Assembly: GCA_900088475.1 (NCBI GenBank)
Contig: FLMG01000277.1
Location: 49,492-113,491 of the forward strand
Length of the DNA: 64,000 bases
Direction of reading: 5' to 3'
From: Hyphochytrium catenoides
Taxonomy: Eukaryota > Protista > Hyphochytriomycota
The notes below the pieces were generated by a model. The model was not told the origin of the DNA. It searched no databases and saw nothing but the letters and a program-made list of their open reading frames with translations. Below, in pieces: positions 48,227 to 60,115 of this stretch. How positions within the stretch are numbered: the first letter of the stretch is position 1; each line of letters opens with the position of its first letter. The position numbers and the translations under genes were made by a program.

Positions 48227-51200
48227 TCAACCTCTTCTGGCAGGTGCTGTTTCGACCTCCTTTGCCAAGTACCCTTTCAGAGCTATTCCTAGCCTTTGGT
48301 AAATTCTCTCAGATGGGACAGAACCTGTCTCATAGGAGTGCCACTTGTCGACAGTCAATTTCTGCAACAAAGGTATCAGTCAGTAAATGCCCAATGTGAA
48401 GGAAAGAAGCACTAAACTGACTAATGAGGATAAATGCGGAGAGATTGTGCTAGACCCACCTGTTTCATGGTCCGACTGCTGAGGTCGTCCCGTTGCCTCT
48501 TCAGGAAGCTCTTTTCTACCTTGTCCCAGGTCTATAAGGCAAGCAAAACATAAGGGTGGCAAGTAGCAGGCAATCGGGCCGGGGACATGTCAACATAGGA
48601 AGGAGCTTTTTTGAGAGACCGAAAGGGAAGTGCATGAGTCTAAAGGTGTCGTAGAATCAGAACAGGGGAAAGATAGCCTCGCTTCTTGATGTCAATGGGT
48701 TCCACCTACATTAACCTTAACATACTCCTTGTCACACTGTGGACATTTCTTGCGTCGAGCCTGGAGCTCGTCAAAAGACTGCTTCAACCCACACTTCGGA
48801 CACTCTTTCTTGCTTGGGGACTGGTCATACTCTTGAGCAGCCCGAACATTGTTCAAGCGCTAACAAGGACAACGTTTGTGAGCAATAGTTCATGCAGGGA
48901 GACATCAACATGGTAGTGCAGACCGTAAGCAGGATTAGCGAGCCTCAGTTAACAATCCATGAATTGTAAGGAATAGAGTCAGATCGGAGACCTGTGCTCA
49001 ATCAGTAGACGCAAGGCCAAGGCGCATAGCCCGACGAGGTATATGAAGTTAAGGGACACAGAGAGAAGAACTCACGATAATCTTATTTTTTTGGTGCTTG
49101 CTCAGCCTCTTCAGAACATCGTCCTTCTTTGTTGACTGGAACTGTTCCGGATAGATGTTTGCCAACCAATCGTGATACCTATCGTCAGCGCACAAAGGAT
49201 CAGGCTTCTCATTCTTGCCTCTGACCAAGATCCTCCTTCTCCATTGTTTGACCCTACTGTGCCCTCTGTNNNNNNNNNNNNNNNNNNNNNNNNNNNNNNN
49301 NNNNNNNNNNNNNNNNNNNNNNNNNNNNNNAAGTGCATTCCTGTCGGTCCTCTTCCTTGGCGAAGTCAGCTTTTGGCATTGAGCTCTTACACCTGGTCAA
49401 CCTGTCAACCTAGATGACGAGACACTTGTGGGTTAAGTGGGATGGGACAGGGGAGACGGAGAGATGGAAGAATGCTGACAAATGTTCGTGTGTCAACCCA
49501 GTATTGGAAGAGTTGAAAAGTGCACAAGGTTGTTGCATGCCAGGGTTGCCAAAGAGCGGGTTATTACTTACCAATGCTACTGTATGTGTGAGTGTGTAAG
49601 AAGGCACAGAGAGAGGAACAAGACAGGAGAACGCAAGGGGAAGAAGAATGGAAGTTAGTGTCGGATGGTGCTTTTGGCAAAATGAGACTATCTGGACACA
49701 TACACTCTTTCGCTAGACTGGACTCCCCTTTGTCGACTTCGTCCTTGGCTGCACTCTCTGTCGCGATGGCGTGGCTCGTGGTCTCTGTTATCTCTTTCTT
49801 TCGGCTTCGCTGGACAGGGCGTTTTGCCGACACTAATGGATAAGGCAGAGTGTGAGACTCTTGTCTGAATCCATCGTCGTTCTTCCCTTTTTAGGTTTGG
49901 CGCTCTTCTTTTTCCTTTTCTATCTTTCGCTCCTTCCTACTCCCTCTGTGCTGTCGCGCAACAAGCTAACTTAGAATTTCCCCCTCTTTCCTTACCGTTA
50001 AAGAGTTTCTGGGTCAGGGCCTCCTTGGTCATACCGATGGCGAAGACTGTTGAAGCTGCAGACAGAGGCATAACAATAATAGGGCATAAGAATAGATTGC
50101 CTAAACTCAGAGACCCTACGGAGTAACAGAGAAGATGACTGGAACGGAGATATAGCAAGAGATTGGTGAGTCAAACCTTGTGATCTTGCTAGTTCTGCTT
50201 TCTTCTTTCGAGGATCTATTGTGACAATGCCATCTGACCGCGGCACTCCTCGACCTATTTAAGAAGGAGTGAGGCCTCCTTATAGAGTACCACCTCTAGG
50301 CAGCTAGGTGGATCTGGGTAGAGTGAGTTCCAGACTTACCTCTAATCTTCCGCGCCTCTGGAATGGAGCCCTGATTTCTGATCTCGCTCTCCATCGGAGT
50401 TGCTGACTTTGGGGCCATAGGCACTTTCTCAGTCTCTAACGGTTCCTCGGTCGAATGACTGCTCGGCTGAGCGGTATTCGCCCGCATTTTCTCAACTGGG
50501 ACAATCTGAACAACCGGATTATGCTCTGGCGTTTCTCTCTCTTTTTCTTGCGGAGCGTCGGATGTGCTAGTCTTCGAAGGATTGGCTACTGCCACCGTTA
50601 CGATAGAGGGAAGGAAGAACGTTAAAAGAGCTACGCTACTAGGTTCCTTTGCTCTCTCCTTCCTTTCTCTATCGCTTGACCCCTTGCTCTAATGTCTCTT
50701 AACGGGCTTCCGTCCTATTCCTAGAAAGACCTTACATCGAATGGGAGAAACTTCAGCTGGCCTAATACTAGGCGCGCGGCCTACATGAAGGGGAGGTAAG
50801 CTGACGAAATAAGAGGACAAGGTAGAAAGGACGTGGACATCGAGGAAAATCCTTAACTGAAGTAAGCGCAGGCAAGGTAGGCCGAAGAAGTTACCTTTGG
50901 AGGTTAGAAGATCCTGTACTTCTGCTAAGACCTGCGAGAGGTTCTGGCTGCTGGCATCGCTACTGGAGGAGCTCTTGGACATAAGGTTGCTCTCAAACTC
51001 ATCAGCTTCATAGTCCTGCATTCTCCCTCGACCCCTGGGTGCACGTGCTCTTCTGCGAGGAGAGCTATCAAAGGCATCCTTGTCCTCCAAATGGACATCC
51101 TGTTCGCCGTCTTCAGGTTCCTCCTCAAGGTCGGCATAGCGTTGGCGTCTCGCGCTCGGAGGTGGCTGGAACACCTCAAACGTTTTCTTGTCCTTGTCCT

Positions 51201-51814
51201 CATCCATCTTCTTCTCTGATGTGTCAACAGAGTTAAGAGTAAATTTGTCCTCGGGCTGAATGTCAGTGAGAAGGGTCGTCGCTTTTTCTCCCGCTCCCTT
51301 AAGTGGCTCAGGTACTCGAACGATTCCTTGTGTCCATTATGACAGCTGGAGGAAGGGGCGCGACGGGGGCGTGATCTGCTCTCCACTATTACGAGGAACC
51401 AAAGAACGCCAAAGGCAGAGGGGGCATAAGAGAGGCCATAGCTCTCGTCTCACAAAGAGGAACATAAACGCACTATCAAAGGACTACCTCCAGAGGAGAA
51501 ACATGCCATCCATACCACCTCAAGATAGCCGAGCCAGACGAAGACGATTGAGAACGGAAAGACAGAGCGAGCGGTCAGAGGAGGTCCCAGGTAGAGAGGA
51601 GGCGAGAGATTGCATGGAGAAAGGCAATGACAGAAGAGAAGACAGAGAAGCAGAGGGTTGAACAGAGAGAGAGAGAGAGTGAAAGACACAGCGGCGAGAC
51701 AGAGCGCGGAAGAGAGAGACACAGCCAGAGAGAGAGGAGATGACGGAGGGAGATGATGGTCAAAAATAAAGTACCTTCCCTGCCCATCACTACGGTCAGA
51801 ACCCGCTTCAACAT
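48227..51814 (-). CDS. Hypothetical multi-exon protein, mostly disordered, with C-terminal CxxC-x15-CxxC zinc ribbon
   Basis: The first exon MLKRVLTVVMGREG joins in phase to the ~50895-51327 exon. Exon 48710-48859 reads RLNNVRAAQEYDQSPSKKECPKCGLKQSFDELQARRKKCPQCDKEY, followed by TWDKVEKSFLKRQ and a last exon stopping at 48227. Middle exons are only partly resolved. Confidence 0.6.
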
Positions 51815-52604
51815 GACCACCCACCCCTTTGATAGTTTCTCAACATATCTCCTCCCTACCCACCGTAGAGATGTCCCTTGAAGTTCAAAATGATGGGGAT
51901 TCTGGATGGACTACTCAGAAAGCCCCCACGATCAGAAGGAGGGCATCTTTCGGGTTCATCAAGACTACGCAGAACTCCTCCAGGAGCAGGATGAAGTTCT
52001 GTTACAAGTCAGTTGTCCCCCGAATTCCAGGGCACACAGTCGGGCGCAGGCCGCGGGAGGAGGAGAGACACTGATCGCCATAGATACAGACAAGATACCG
52101 CCGCTTCCGATGGTAGGGCCCTCTAGCGCATTACTGAGCTGCTGAAGTGATATGAGGGTTCAGAAAGTTAGAGTAGCTGGTAGAGAGCCGAGGAAGAAGA
52201 CAAGGGGAAGAGAGGGTTTGGGCTGGATGTGGGAGTAATAGTGCTACACGACTGGGAGCTTTTAACATCGTTATAGTTAGGGTATGAACAGATGCATCCT
52301 AAGATAGCAAGAAAGGTAAAGCAGAGAACATTGTGCTGGAAGCTTTACTAATGACTGATAATGAGTCCTGATCAGTGCATTATGCTTCCTTTTTGCACAG
52401 AATGACGGTGTATTGCAGTGCCAAAGGCAGGCAGAAACTTCTGTCTACAATCAGCATGCCGAAAGCTTGAAAGCTGGTATATAACGGTGACAGCTTGACG
52501 ACGAGAGTGAAAAGTGGTACTGGTGCTATGATACAGAGTGTGCACATCAAGGCTCAGCAAGAGACCAACGGATAACGGCGACAGGGTTGACTCGCAACGA
52601 ATGG

Positions 52605-53705
52605 TTATAGGGCAGAAGACCTTACAACGGTTGGGGTATGAGGAGTGCTTGGTGTTAGGTTGCGAGGTGTTGCGGCGGGAGTGTGTGGAGTCCTAGGCGT
52701 GCGAGGAGTGAGCCCGCCTCTAATGTTCCGGTGATGCACACAGTAGCCACATTCCTTGGCGATCTTATTACAATCAGCCTCCATACACCGGGTGTCCCCA
52801 CCATGCGTGATGCAGTAGCCGCCGCCTCTTGCTGTTTTCTGGCAAGTCTCGAATTTGCAATAGCGTCGTCCTCCATGTTCCACACACAAACCACTTCGCT
52901 GTGCTCCTTTGGTGCAAGCCAATACCTGGCACTTCTGTCCTCCACCGTGCACATAACATAGGCCTCTGCGCTGGCTGCTCTTGGTGCAGTTAGGAACAGA
53001 GCATCTCTTGCCACCTCCGTGGGTGATGCAAAGGCCATCAGACTGTTGAGAATTCTGGCAATCGTCCACGATACACCGCTTGCCTCCGCCATGCGCGATG
53101 CATCTGCCACCACTCTGCGAGCCCTTGTTGCAGCCTTGAATCTCACAACGCCGTCCGCCACCGTGCTTCATGCACAGCCCTCGGCTTCTTGCAAGCTTAC
53201 CGCAACCCAGAAATGCGCAGACCTTGTCTTTTTTGCTGGAAGGAGAGATCCGCCTAGTGCCGTCGAAAGGAGTCTGAGGAGAAGGAGTAGAAAGGAAGAG
53301 GGAGGGCACTTGCGAGAGGCCAGCAATTGCCTGCAGCTGCTGCTGGTGAAGTAGCTCAGGCAGGATGAAGCTGTTAGGGTGCTTGAGAAAAGGTCTTTGG
53401 CTAGAGACAATTTCTGTGTCGAAGATGCTAGTGATAGGTGCAAGAGAGCTCTCCACTTCCGCTAGGAGCTGCTTAGTGGTCTGCTGTAACTGCTCAGCGT
53501 TGCTAGCGGTTGATGCAGGATCTGGAAAGTCATTAGAGCTATCTGCGGTGTCCAAGAGAAGATGTACAAGTGCCCAGTCATCTCCGCCGCTGTGGGTGGT
53601 TTGCGTAGGAGCTGGCTGGGTGTTGAAGGGGTTGGTGGAGAGCTGCAAGACATCTGGCTCTGGAGCTGATGGGCGAACCATAGTGCTGAAGTTAAGGTGT
53701 GACAT
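52605..53705 (-). CDS. WRKY19-like Cys/His (CxxxxC-x9-CxxHGG) tandem-repeat protein, intronless CDS
   Basis: 366-aa ORF with seven 24-aa repeats (e.g. CEIQGCNKGSQSGGRCIAHGGGKR) at 52731-53219. No WRKYGQK domain is present. Confidence 0.88.
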   Translation of the reverse strand: MSHLNFSTMVRPSAPEPDVLQLSTNPFNTQPAPTQTTHSGGDDWALVHLLLDTADSSNDFPDPASTASNAEQLQQTTKQLLAEVESSLAPITSIFDTEIVSSQRPFLKHPNSFILPELLHQQQLQAIAGLSQVPSLFLSTPSPQTPFDGTRRISPSSKKDKVCAFLGCGKLARSRGLCMKHGGGRRCEIQGCNKGSQSGGRCIAHGGGKRCIVDDCQNSQQSDGLCITHGGGKRCSVPNCTKSSQRRGLCYVHGGGQKCQVLACTKGAQRSGLCVEHGGRRYCKFETCQKTARGGGYCITHGGDTRCMEADCNKIAKECGYCVHHRNIRGGLTPRTPRTPHTPAATPRNLTPSTPHTPTVVRSSAL

Positions 53706-54599
53706 ACTGCCTTCTGTAGGGGCTCAAAGGGTTAAATGTCTTCACCCGGTTAAGATCGGCAATGAGGTTTAGTTTGCCGGTCGCCGGTATTTGACGTGAG
53801 AGGGAAAAGAGCAAGTGATCACCTTTTCCTTTCCCTAATTGTCCTTGACATGTGGCAGTCCTTTTGCCCCTCCAGTCCTTGTTTCTGTGTGTGTGACTAT
53901 TCACCCCGCCTCTGATGGAGGAGAGGAGGAGAATAGAGAACAAGAGAGGGAACAGAAGTCATGGATCCCCGTGCATGCTGCTTCCTATGGGAGAGCAAGG
54001 AAGAAGGACAAAGTCAAAGGCAGCTAAGGAAAAGAGGCAGATCAAGGAGCACAGAGAGAGAGGGCCTCACTGAGTGATGTTCAGCTTCTTCATCTAAATA
54101 AGAAGAGATCAGAGCCAAGCGTGTAACAGACACCTTGCTCTTCATGTTTCACTCTTGTTGAGAGCCCATGAGTCCGACCATAGCACCCACCATCCCACGA
54201 CACAACATATGCTTAGCTTCGTACACTCTGACTCTTAGGACTGGGCGAAGATTGTGGGCGTTACATCGTGAAGATCAAAAGACGAAGGAAGAAGGACCAG
54301 GAGAAAGAGGCCGTCGGACGGCTTCTCAAGTCCAACAAAGAGTGAATTTAGAGAGGAAGACAATTGCACTATCTGCAACCTGATGAGAGACAGAGAGACA
54401 GAGAGAGAACTTATGGAGGAAATGACTGTTTCACCTGGTTCCCCTTCTCTTTGTTTTCTGTGTCCACTCTGTGCTCTGTTCGATGAGACAGTCGTGGAGA
54501 GCGCCTAACGCCCTTCGAAAGTATGACATTTGAAGCCTCCGTTGCTCCATAGGCAGAGTCCACAGCCAGAGATAGCCACGAGCAGGGCCAGACAGGGGA

Positions 54600-54640
54600 G
54601 AGAGCAAGAGAGAGAGAGAGAGAGAGAGAAGAGAGACAGC
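54600..54640. repeat. (GA)n microsatellite
   Basis: gagagagagagagagagagaga run, directly visible. Confidence 0.9.
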
Positions 54641-55419
54641 TCAAAGTATGACTCACCCAGGAGAACGTTTGTCTCTCTTCGCCAGCCTCTGTCACAATCA
54701 CGGGGAGACAGAGTCAATCAAAATATTTAGCAAGAGTGTCTATTTTTAGCAAACTATAGAGACAGAGACAACGAATATATATAGACGAGAGAGTGCGATC
54801 AATCCTATCCTGCCTCTCTCATCAGAGAGTTTGTCCGTTCATCGATCTGATCCCAATTGTGGCACCAGAGAGATGGGAGAAAGCGGAGAGCCAGAGGGGA
54901 ATGTTTCAATGTTTGAAAGGAAAAGAATCATTTATCAATGCAAACAGAATTAGATATGAAGGAAGTGTTCCCGTAACGCTACTTTCAAGACGCTGTAGTG
55001 ACTGCGAGAGATCCCATTGGTCACTCTGTCTCGCACCTCTTTGCTCTCTAATTATCATACAGTTGTAGTAGGCAGCCTATTTGGCCAAGCGCTGAGATCT
55101 AAAAATAACGAGGCCCCCGATGACCCTTCACTCTCTGTCAGTCTGATCGGCCCAGGAAGGGAGGGAGGAAGAGGGAGGAGACTGTCTCTATCTTAAACCG
55201 CAAGAACCGGCTCTCCCAGAACCCACCCATCCCAGCTCCTGCTTGTTGCTCCTCTTGTACTTTTCACAACAACTTAAGTAGGGTTTAGCTTGATTTAGAG
55301 CCTGAAATATTGCGTCATTTAATCTTTCAAATGGGCCTACCCACCTGCTCCAGAGATGCAGAGCAATGGTCCGCTGGCCCTTTTTCAAGGACATCAACTG
55401 AGGAAGGAGCGCCATTATC

Positions 55420-55580
55420 AACAGAGGAGACACAGAGACAGAGAGAGAGAAAAGGGGGAGACAGAGAGAGAGAGAGTTGAGAAAGAAAAGAGAAAGAGGA
55501 AGAATGGAGAGAGACATGAGACAGAGAGAGAGGGAAGAGAGAAAAAGAGAGACAGAGTTGAGGAGGAGAAAGAAAGAAGT
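55420..55580. repeat. Degenerate GA-rich low-complexity tract
   Basis: About 160 nt of near-pure purine/GACA repeats. Confidence 0.85.
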
Positions 55581-56721
55581 GGGCAGTGTTTTGCCGTCAG
55601 GCATGAATTATGACCCATTGTTGTTTGATTTCCTAGACTAAGAGATAAGACAGAGCGAGTGAGAGAGAAAAGGGAAGAGCCGACTGAGAGACCACCTGAT
55701 TCTGAAGAGACAAGCGAAAGTTGGCGATCTTTTCCCTTGCTCCCTCGTCCTGTCTGTCCACCTATGGACTTCTGTTCACCTCCTTCTCGAGTTCAAGAGA
55801 AACCAGAGTCAAAAGAGTTGACGAGCATGGCCAAAGGCGGTCCGAGAGGCCATCTTATCCCTTTGTACCCGCACATACACAAGGCAGAGTCGACTTCCCT
55901 CTTCCTGTTTGCTCCACCTTGATGACCTAAGACAGCTGTTAGTCCTGGAGAATGAGGGGCAGCTAGTCAAGGGAATAAGAGAGAGGAGCGGCTGCTGGTC
56001 AACCAAGTGAGAGAGACTGAAGAGAGCGAGAGGAAAGGAGGGAAAAGATAGAGGACCAAGGGGAGGAGGGAGCCCTTTACTCACTCTGTTCTCATCATTC
56101 TTCCTACTTTGTTGGTCGTCTTCTGATAGCCAAGCGCTGGTTCTTATGGAAGATAGTCTCCAAGTGGCTTGAGTAGTAGAATTCTACCTTACCTCTTCAA
56201 GGTAAGACCACCAAAAAGGTTAGGGGGAGGAGGAGAGAAGCAGATAGAGGAGAAAATTTATGGCCTGAGCCTGCAAGCCCCCGACTGCTTGCCTTGGACC
56301 CTGTCAATGCCTCGAGTGGCTTGACTGTGGCTCCAGCTAAATATTTCCCTCAAGCTGTTGGCCTTGAGAGACTCTGCTTCAAGATCGAGACAGAGTGAGA
56401 GTAGATTAAGAGGACGGTTGGGAGACCCTTATGGACATATCGGCGCTCGGTTCCACCACTAGACAGAGGCAAAAGAGAATGACGACGCGGAGAAGAGCCA
56501 GAGAGACTAGAGCCGTCTCATCCTTGATTTATACTAGGATCTGCTGGGAGTCTATAAAGTACATGCTCCCTGTGTTGGTTCTGTATATGGAGAGCAACAT
56601 GTCCCCCTTAAGAGAAGAAAGAACTAGCTAACAGGAGGAGAAAGGCCATGGCGATGACAGGTGACCTGTTCTACTCGCTAGGGTGTCTGACAGGCTTTGT
56701 CGCCTCTTCTACGCAGCATTT

Positions 56722-59700
56722 CTAGAGCTTGCACTTCGGGCCGTGAATACGAAGAGTTACCCTATATATTGGTGTCCTGCCTACTAGTTCTAATAGAGAT
56801 AAAATTGGTTCACCAAGGATGTTGGCTATTATTCGCCAAAAGTCATTGAAGAAGGACAACAAGGAATGACCATAATTCTTCTGACACGAGACATGAAGGC
56901 TAAGATGTAGCAGCACTCCTCGATTTCTATCCTCTCCATACTGTTTGTGCTTAAGTGAGGCGGCTGGCGCTGGCGTTAAAGACTTAGATTTAGATAGCCT
57001 TTTCCTCTTTCTTCTCCCTATCTCGCTCCCACCTAATCCCTGATGTGATGATAACCCTGCAGAGAGGCGCAAGGCGGCCTTCTTCTATAGAATCCATTCC
57101 ATTCCCAACACCATTGTAGCACTATTTAGGGTCTGCCTCGTTCTCACATCTCTCTCTGGCCAGCTTCGAAGTGGGACGATCACATTCAGACGGACCTGCA
57201 TAAGGTGATTCAGTGCTGCAACGGCCGGACAACATCTGAAGTGCAAGGTGTCTCGCGACACTATCTCACGTGGGAGTGCTCCTCGTCTCTCAATGTATGT
57301 CTTTCAGCACGAAAAATGGGCAGCTTTTACCTTGCGCCTCACCGTTCCAAAGGAGTTGCTTTGAAAGGAGAGATATGGCTTCTTCCTGAGCTCTTCAATG
57401 TATGGTCTAAGCCTCACTTTTGGTCCCAGGACTGCCGTCGCTGTGCTACCTCCGAACTATCTCTGAGCGTCACCTGTAATGGATAGCAGAGATTCTATTG
57501 ACCGCGATGGATGAGGGATGTTGTTAGCCAGTGATGCTATCGATCCTGCTCTCTGCTTTGACACTGGTCGATAGCTGTTCATTATCTCTGGTTGGATGCA
57601 TGCTGTCTTCTCTTACAGCAGCTCCTCCAGAGTTGTATTAAACAATAGTNNNNNNNNNNNNNNNNNNNNNNNNNNNNNNNNNNNNNNNNNNNNNNNCAGC
57701 AGTAGGAAACAATCTCCGACCCTCATCATGGACAAACTTTCAACTAGTTGCAGACTTTTTTCTAATACTCGCGCCTCGTCACTGGTTGTCAACCCTGTCA
57801 TGTTCTAAAACTGCCACTGCGGGGGCTCTTCACTCTATTTCGTCTCTTTTTGTCTGGTGTCGATGACAGAGCGTCGTAGTAGGAGAACAGGAGCTTCAAG
57901 GCCCAGAAATGCTGTTGACCAGTAGTAACGCCAATAAAATATTCGGTGGTAAGAGTCGCAAGACTAGAGCTTTGAACACTGGTGGTTCCTTGCCGGTCGG
58001 CGCTTGCAGCCTAATTAGGAGGGAACTCTTGCTGGTCTACAAGCTCGTGATGATAGTGATGATGACTCGCTTGTGAACCCAGCGGGGTTGCTTGATAGGG
58101 ATGAGACGTCCTTCGTCATTCATCACAACCTTAACACCAGAAAAAGCTGATGGGTAAATTTGAAAGGTCACAGATAGAATGTCACGTCGTCAGCTTAGAA
58201 GGATGTTCTCTTGTGTATGTAATTCTATTGCGCTCTGGGTTCCCGTTCACCATCAAGGAAGTATGTGCGACTTCTCGCGCATCAGAAATTTCTCTCGCCT
58301 TGAAGGACCAAGAAGAGAAGCACATTTACATTGTACATCTTGAGAAGGGATCGCAACTTTCGGCACTTTTCTCTCAATCCTAAAGCCGAATTCTCTCGCG
58401 GTCTGCGGCTTCGAGCCGTACAGATAGCACGGGAAAGGAAGGTTTCCGCGTAGCTGGCGCGTAGGGTAAAGTTATTGAGGTCAACACATGTGGTCCATTC
58501 TGAAGCTACGCTGCTGCTGCATTATAGAGCCTATGGATAACGAAAAGTCCTGTAGAATGATCTTCGCTTCTCGTAACTCTTGCAGCAGATATGATATTGG
58601 CTCTTGAGCCAAGGGAAAACGCAGATCTCACTATCCTGGAGTCCTAGTACCCTCCGTTTGGGAAGCAAAGTAGCACCTGCTAGCGCCAGCTAAGAAAGCC
58701 ATACCCAACGTGTTCTTTCTTCGCTTCCTCAAGCATCCGTGAACAGATGGAATGAGTATCTCTATCAGCAACCATCCACTGGCCCTAATCTAGAGGCGAA
58801 GATTAGCAGAATATGACATACTCTGCTCCGTGATGCTTTAACATCATGCAAACGTGAAATGTCATAACGTGCATCTGCTGGAGTGCCTTGCCTCGTGATG
58901 CCTAAGAGAGCTGGCTCCCGGGCCCGCTTTTTCCCCAGACGATTGCCACCAAAGCGTGAACGCCGTATCAGGAGAAGCACCGCAAGCACTCCAAATGCCA
59001 ATTGACTACTGTTCTCGCGGGATCAATGCTACCGTGTAGTACGCGCGACTGCCCTGCAGACTCTCGGTCCGACAAAGCAAGATTTAGTTGGCTGCTTGGC
59101 AGCAGTAGTGCAAGTGCAGCGTATCCTTGCGGCGCTTGGATGAGCTCTTGGATCTTCATCCTGATAAGCGTGTACTTGCAAACCTCTAAACAGGGACCTT
59201 GTCTAAGTATGACTCTAACCAGAAGCAAATCTTCTGCACTGAAGGTAGCGGTCCCTGTTAGCAAGTTGAACGAAGGTGGAAAGGCTAGAAAAGCCGTTAC
59301 TTTTGAAAGATTCATTCGCTTCATGAGACTTTCAGCAATGAAACCTTCTGGAAAGCTCTAGATTATAATTCTGCTTAAAATTCCTTTATTTTACGGAGGT
59401 TTTGAAAGGTTCGCACTCATCACAGAGAGGAAGAAGGGGATTGACGTGAGTGCAATCGAAAGGCAGGCAGACAGGCAGGCAAGCAGCAGTGAGAGAACAG
59501 CCAGTGAGAGAGACAGACAGAAGAGCAGGTCCCAGAGAGAAAGAGACAGGGAAAGAGAAGAGAGACGGTCCTTCAGAGTATGAGCGGGGGAAGATGTGTG
59601 AGAGAGAGAGCTAGGCGCCAGAAGAACAGGTGCATGGATGGACGAATAGAGAGAGGAAAACCAGCGAGAAGAGAAGAAGCCAAGGATAAGGCAACCAAAG

Positions 59701-59837
59701 CAAGTAACACCGACAGTGCCAATATGAGGGAGAGCAAAAGAGAGCGCTAGCCAGCTTACACCCAGTGGAGGTTTATATGCATCTCTACCTAGGTTCCAGC
59801 TGCTCTCCAGTCCTTCCGGGTGCTCCTTTAAGGCCAT
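56722..59837 (-). CDS. Probable multi-exon hypothetical gene (unresolved)
   Basis: The first exons join in phase: MALKEHPEG..PPLG | SFPEGFIAESLMKRMNLSK | GPLPSVQKICFW | MKIQELIQAPQGY. The first intron is CT-rich on the minus strand. Further donor/acceptor-bounded open stretches extend to ~56720, but no unique model or recognisable domain emerged. Confidence 0.3.
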
Positions 59838-60115
59838 TTCTGCGGGAGCTGATGACGCTCCTGCAATAGCTCAGGAGGACTGCCAAGCCGACCGAGCGTC
59901 CGCATGGCTTGTCTCTCAGACACATTCTTGTTCTGAGATATAGCAATAAGGCCACTAACTGACGAAATTCCAGGGTAGCTATAAAGCAAGCCATATCATA
60001 GATTGAAGAAGAGAATAAAGGAGGAGGAGGAAACGAGGACGGTGAATTGGATGAGTCGTGGACCGAACCCGCCGGTTAATCGCATCTGTCTCTAGCCTGT
60101 CACTGTCTCCCTTAC

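Noticed and set aside
52655-53772. Overlapping and antisense ORFs over the Cys/His repeat gene
   Set aside because: They are shadow frames of a repetitive CDS and carry no independent motifs.
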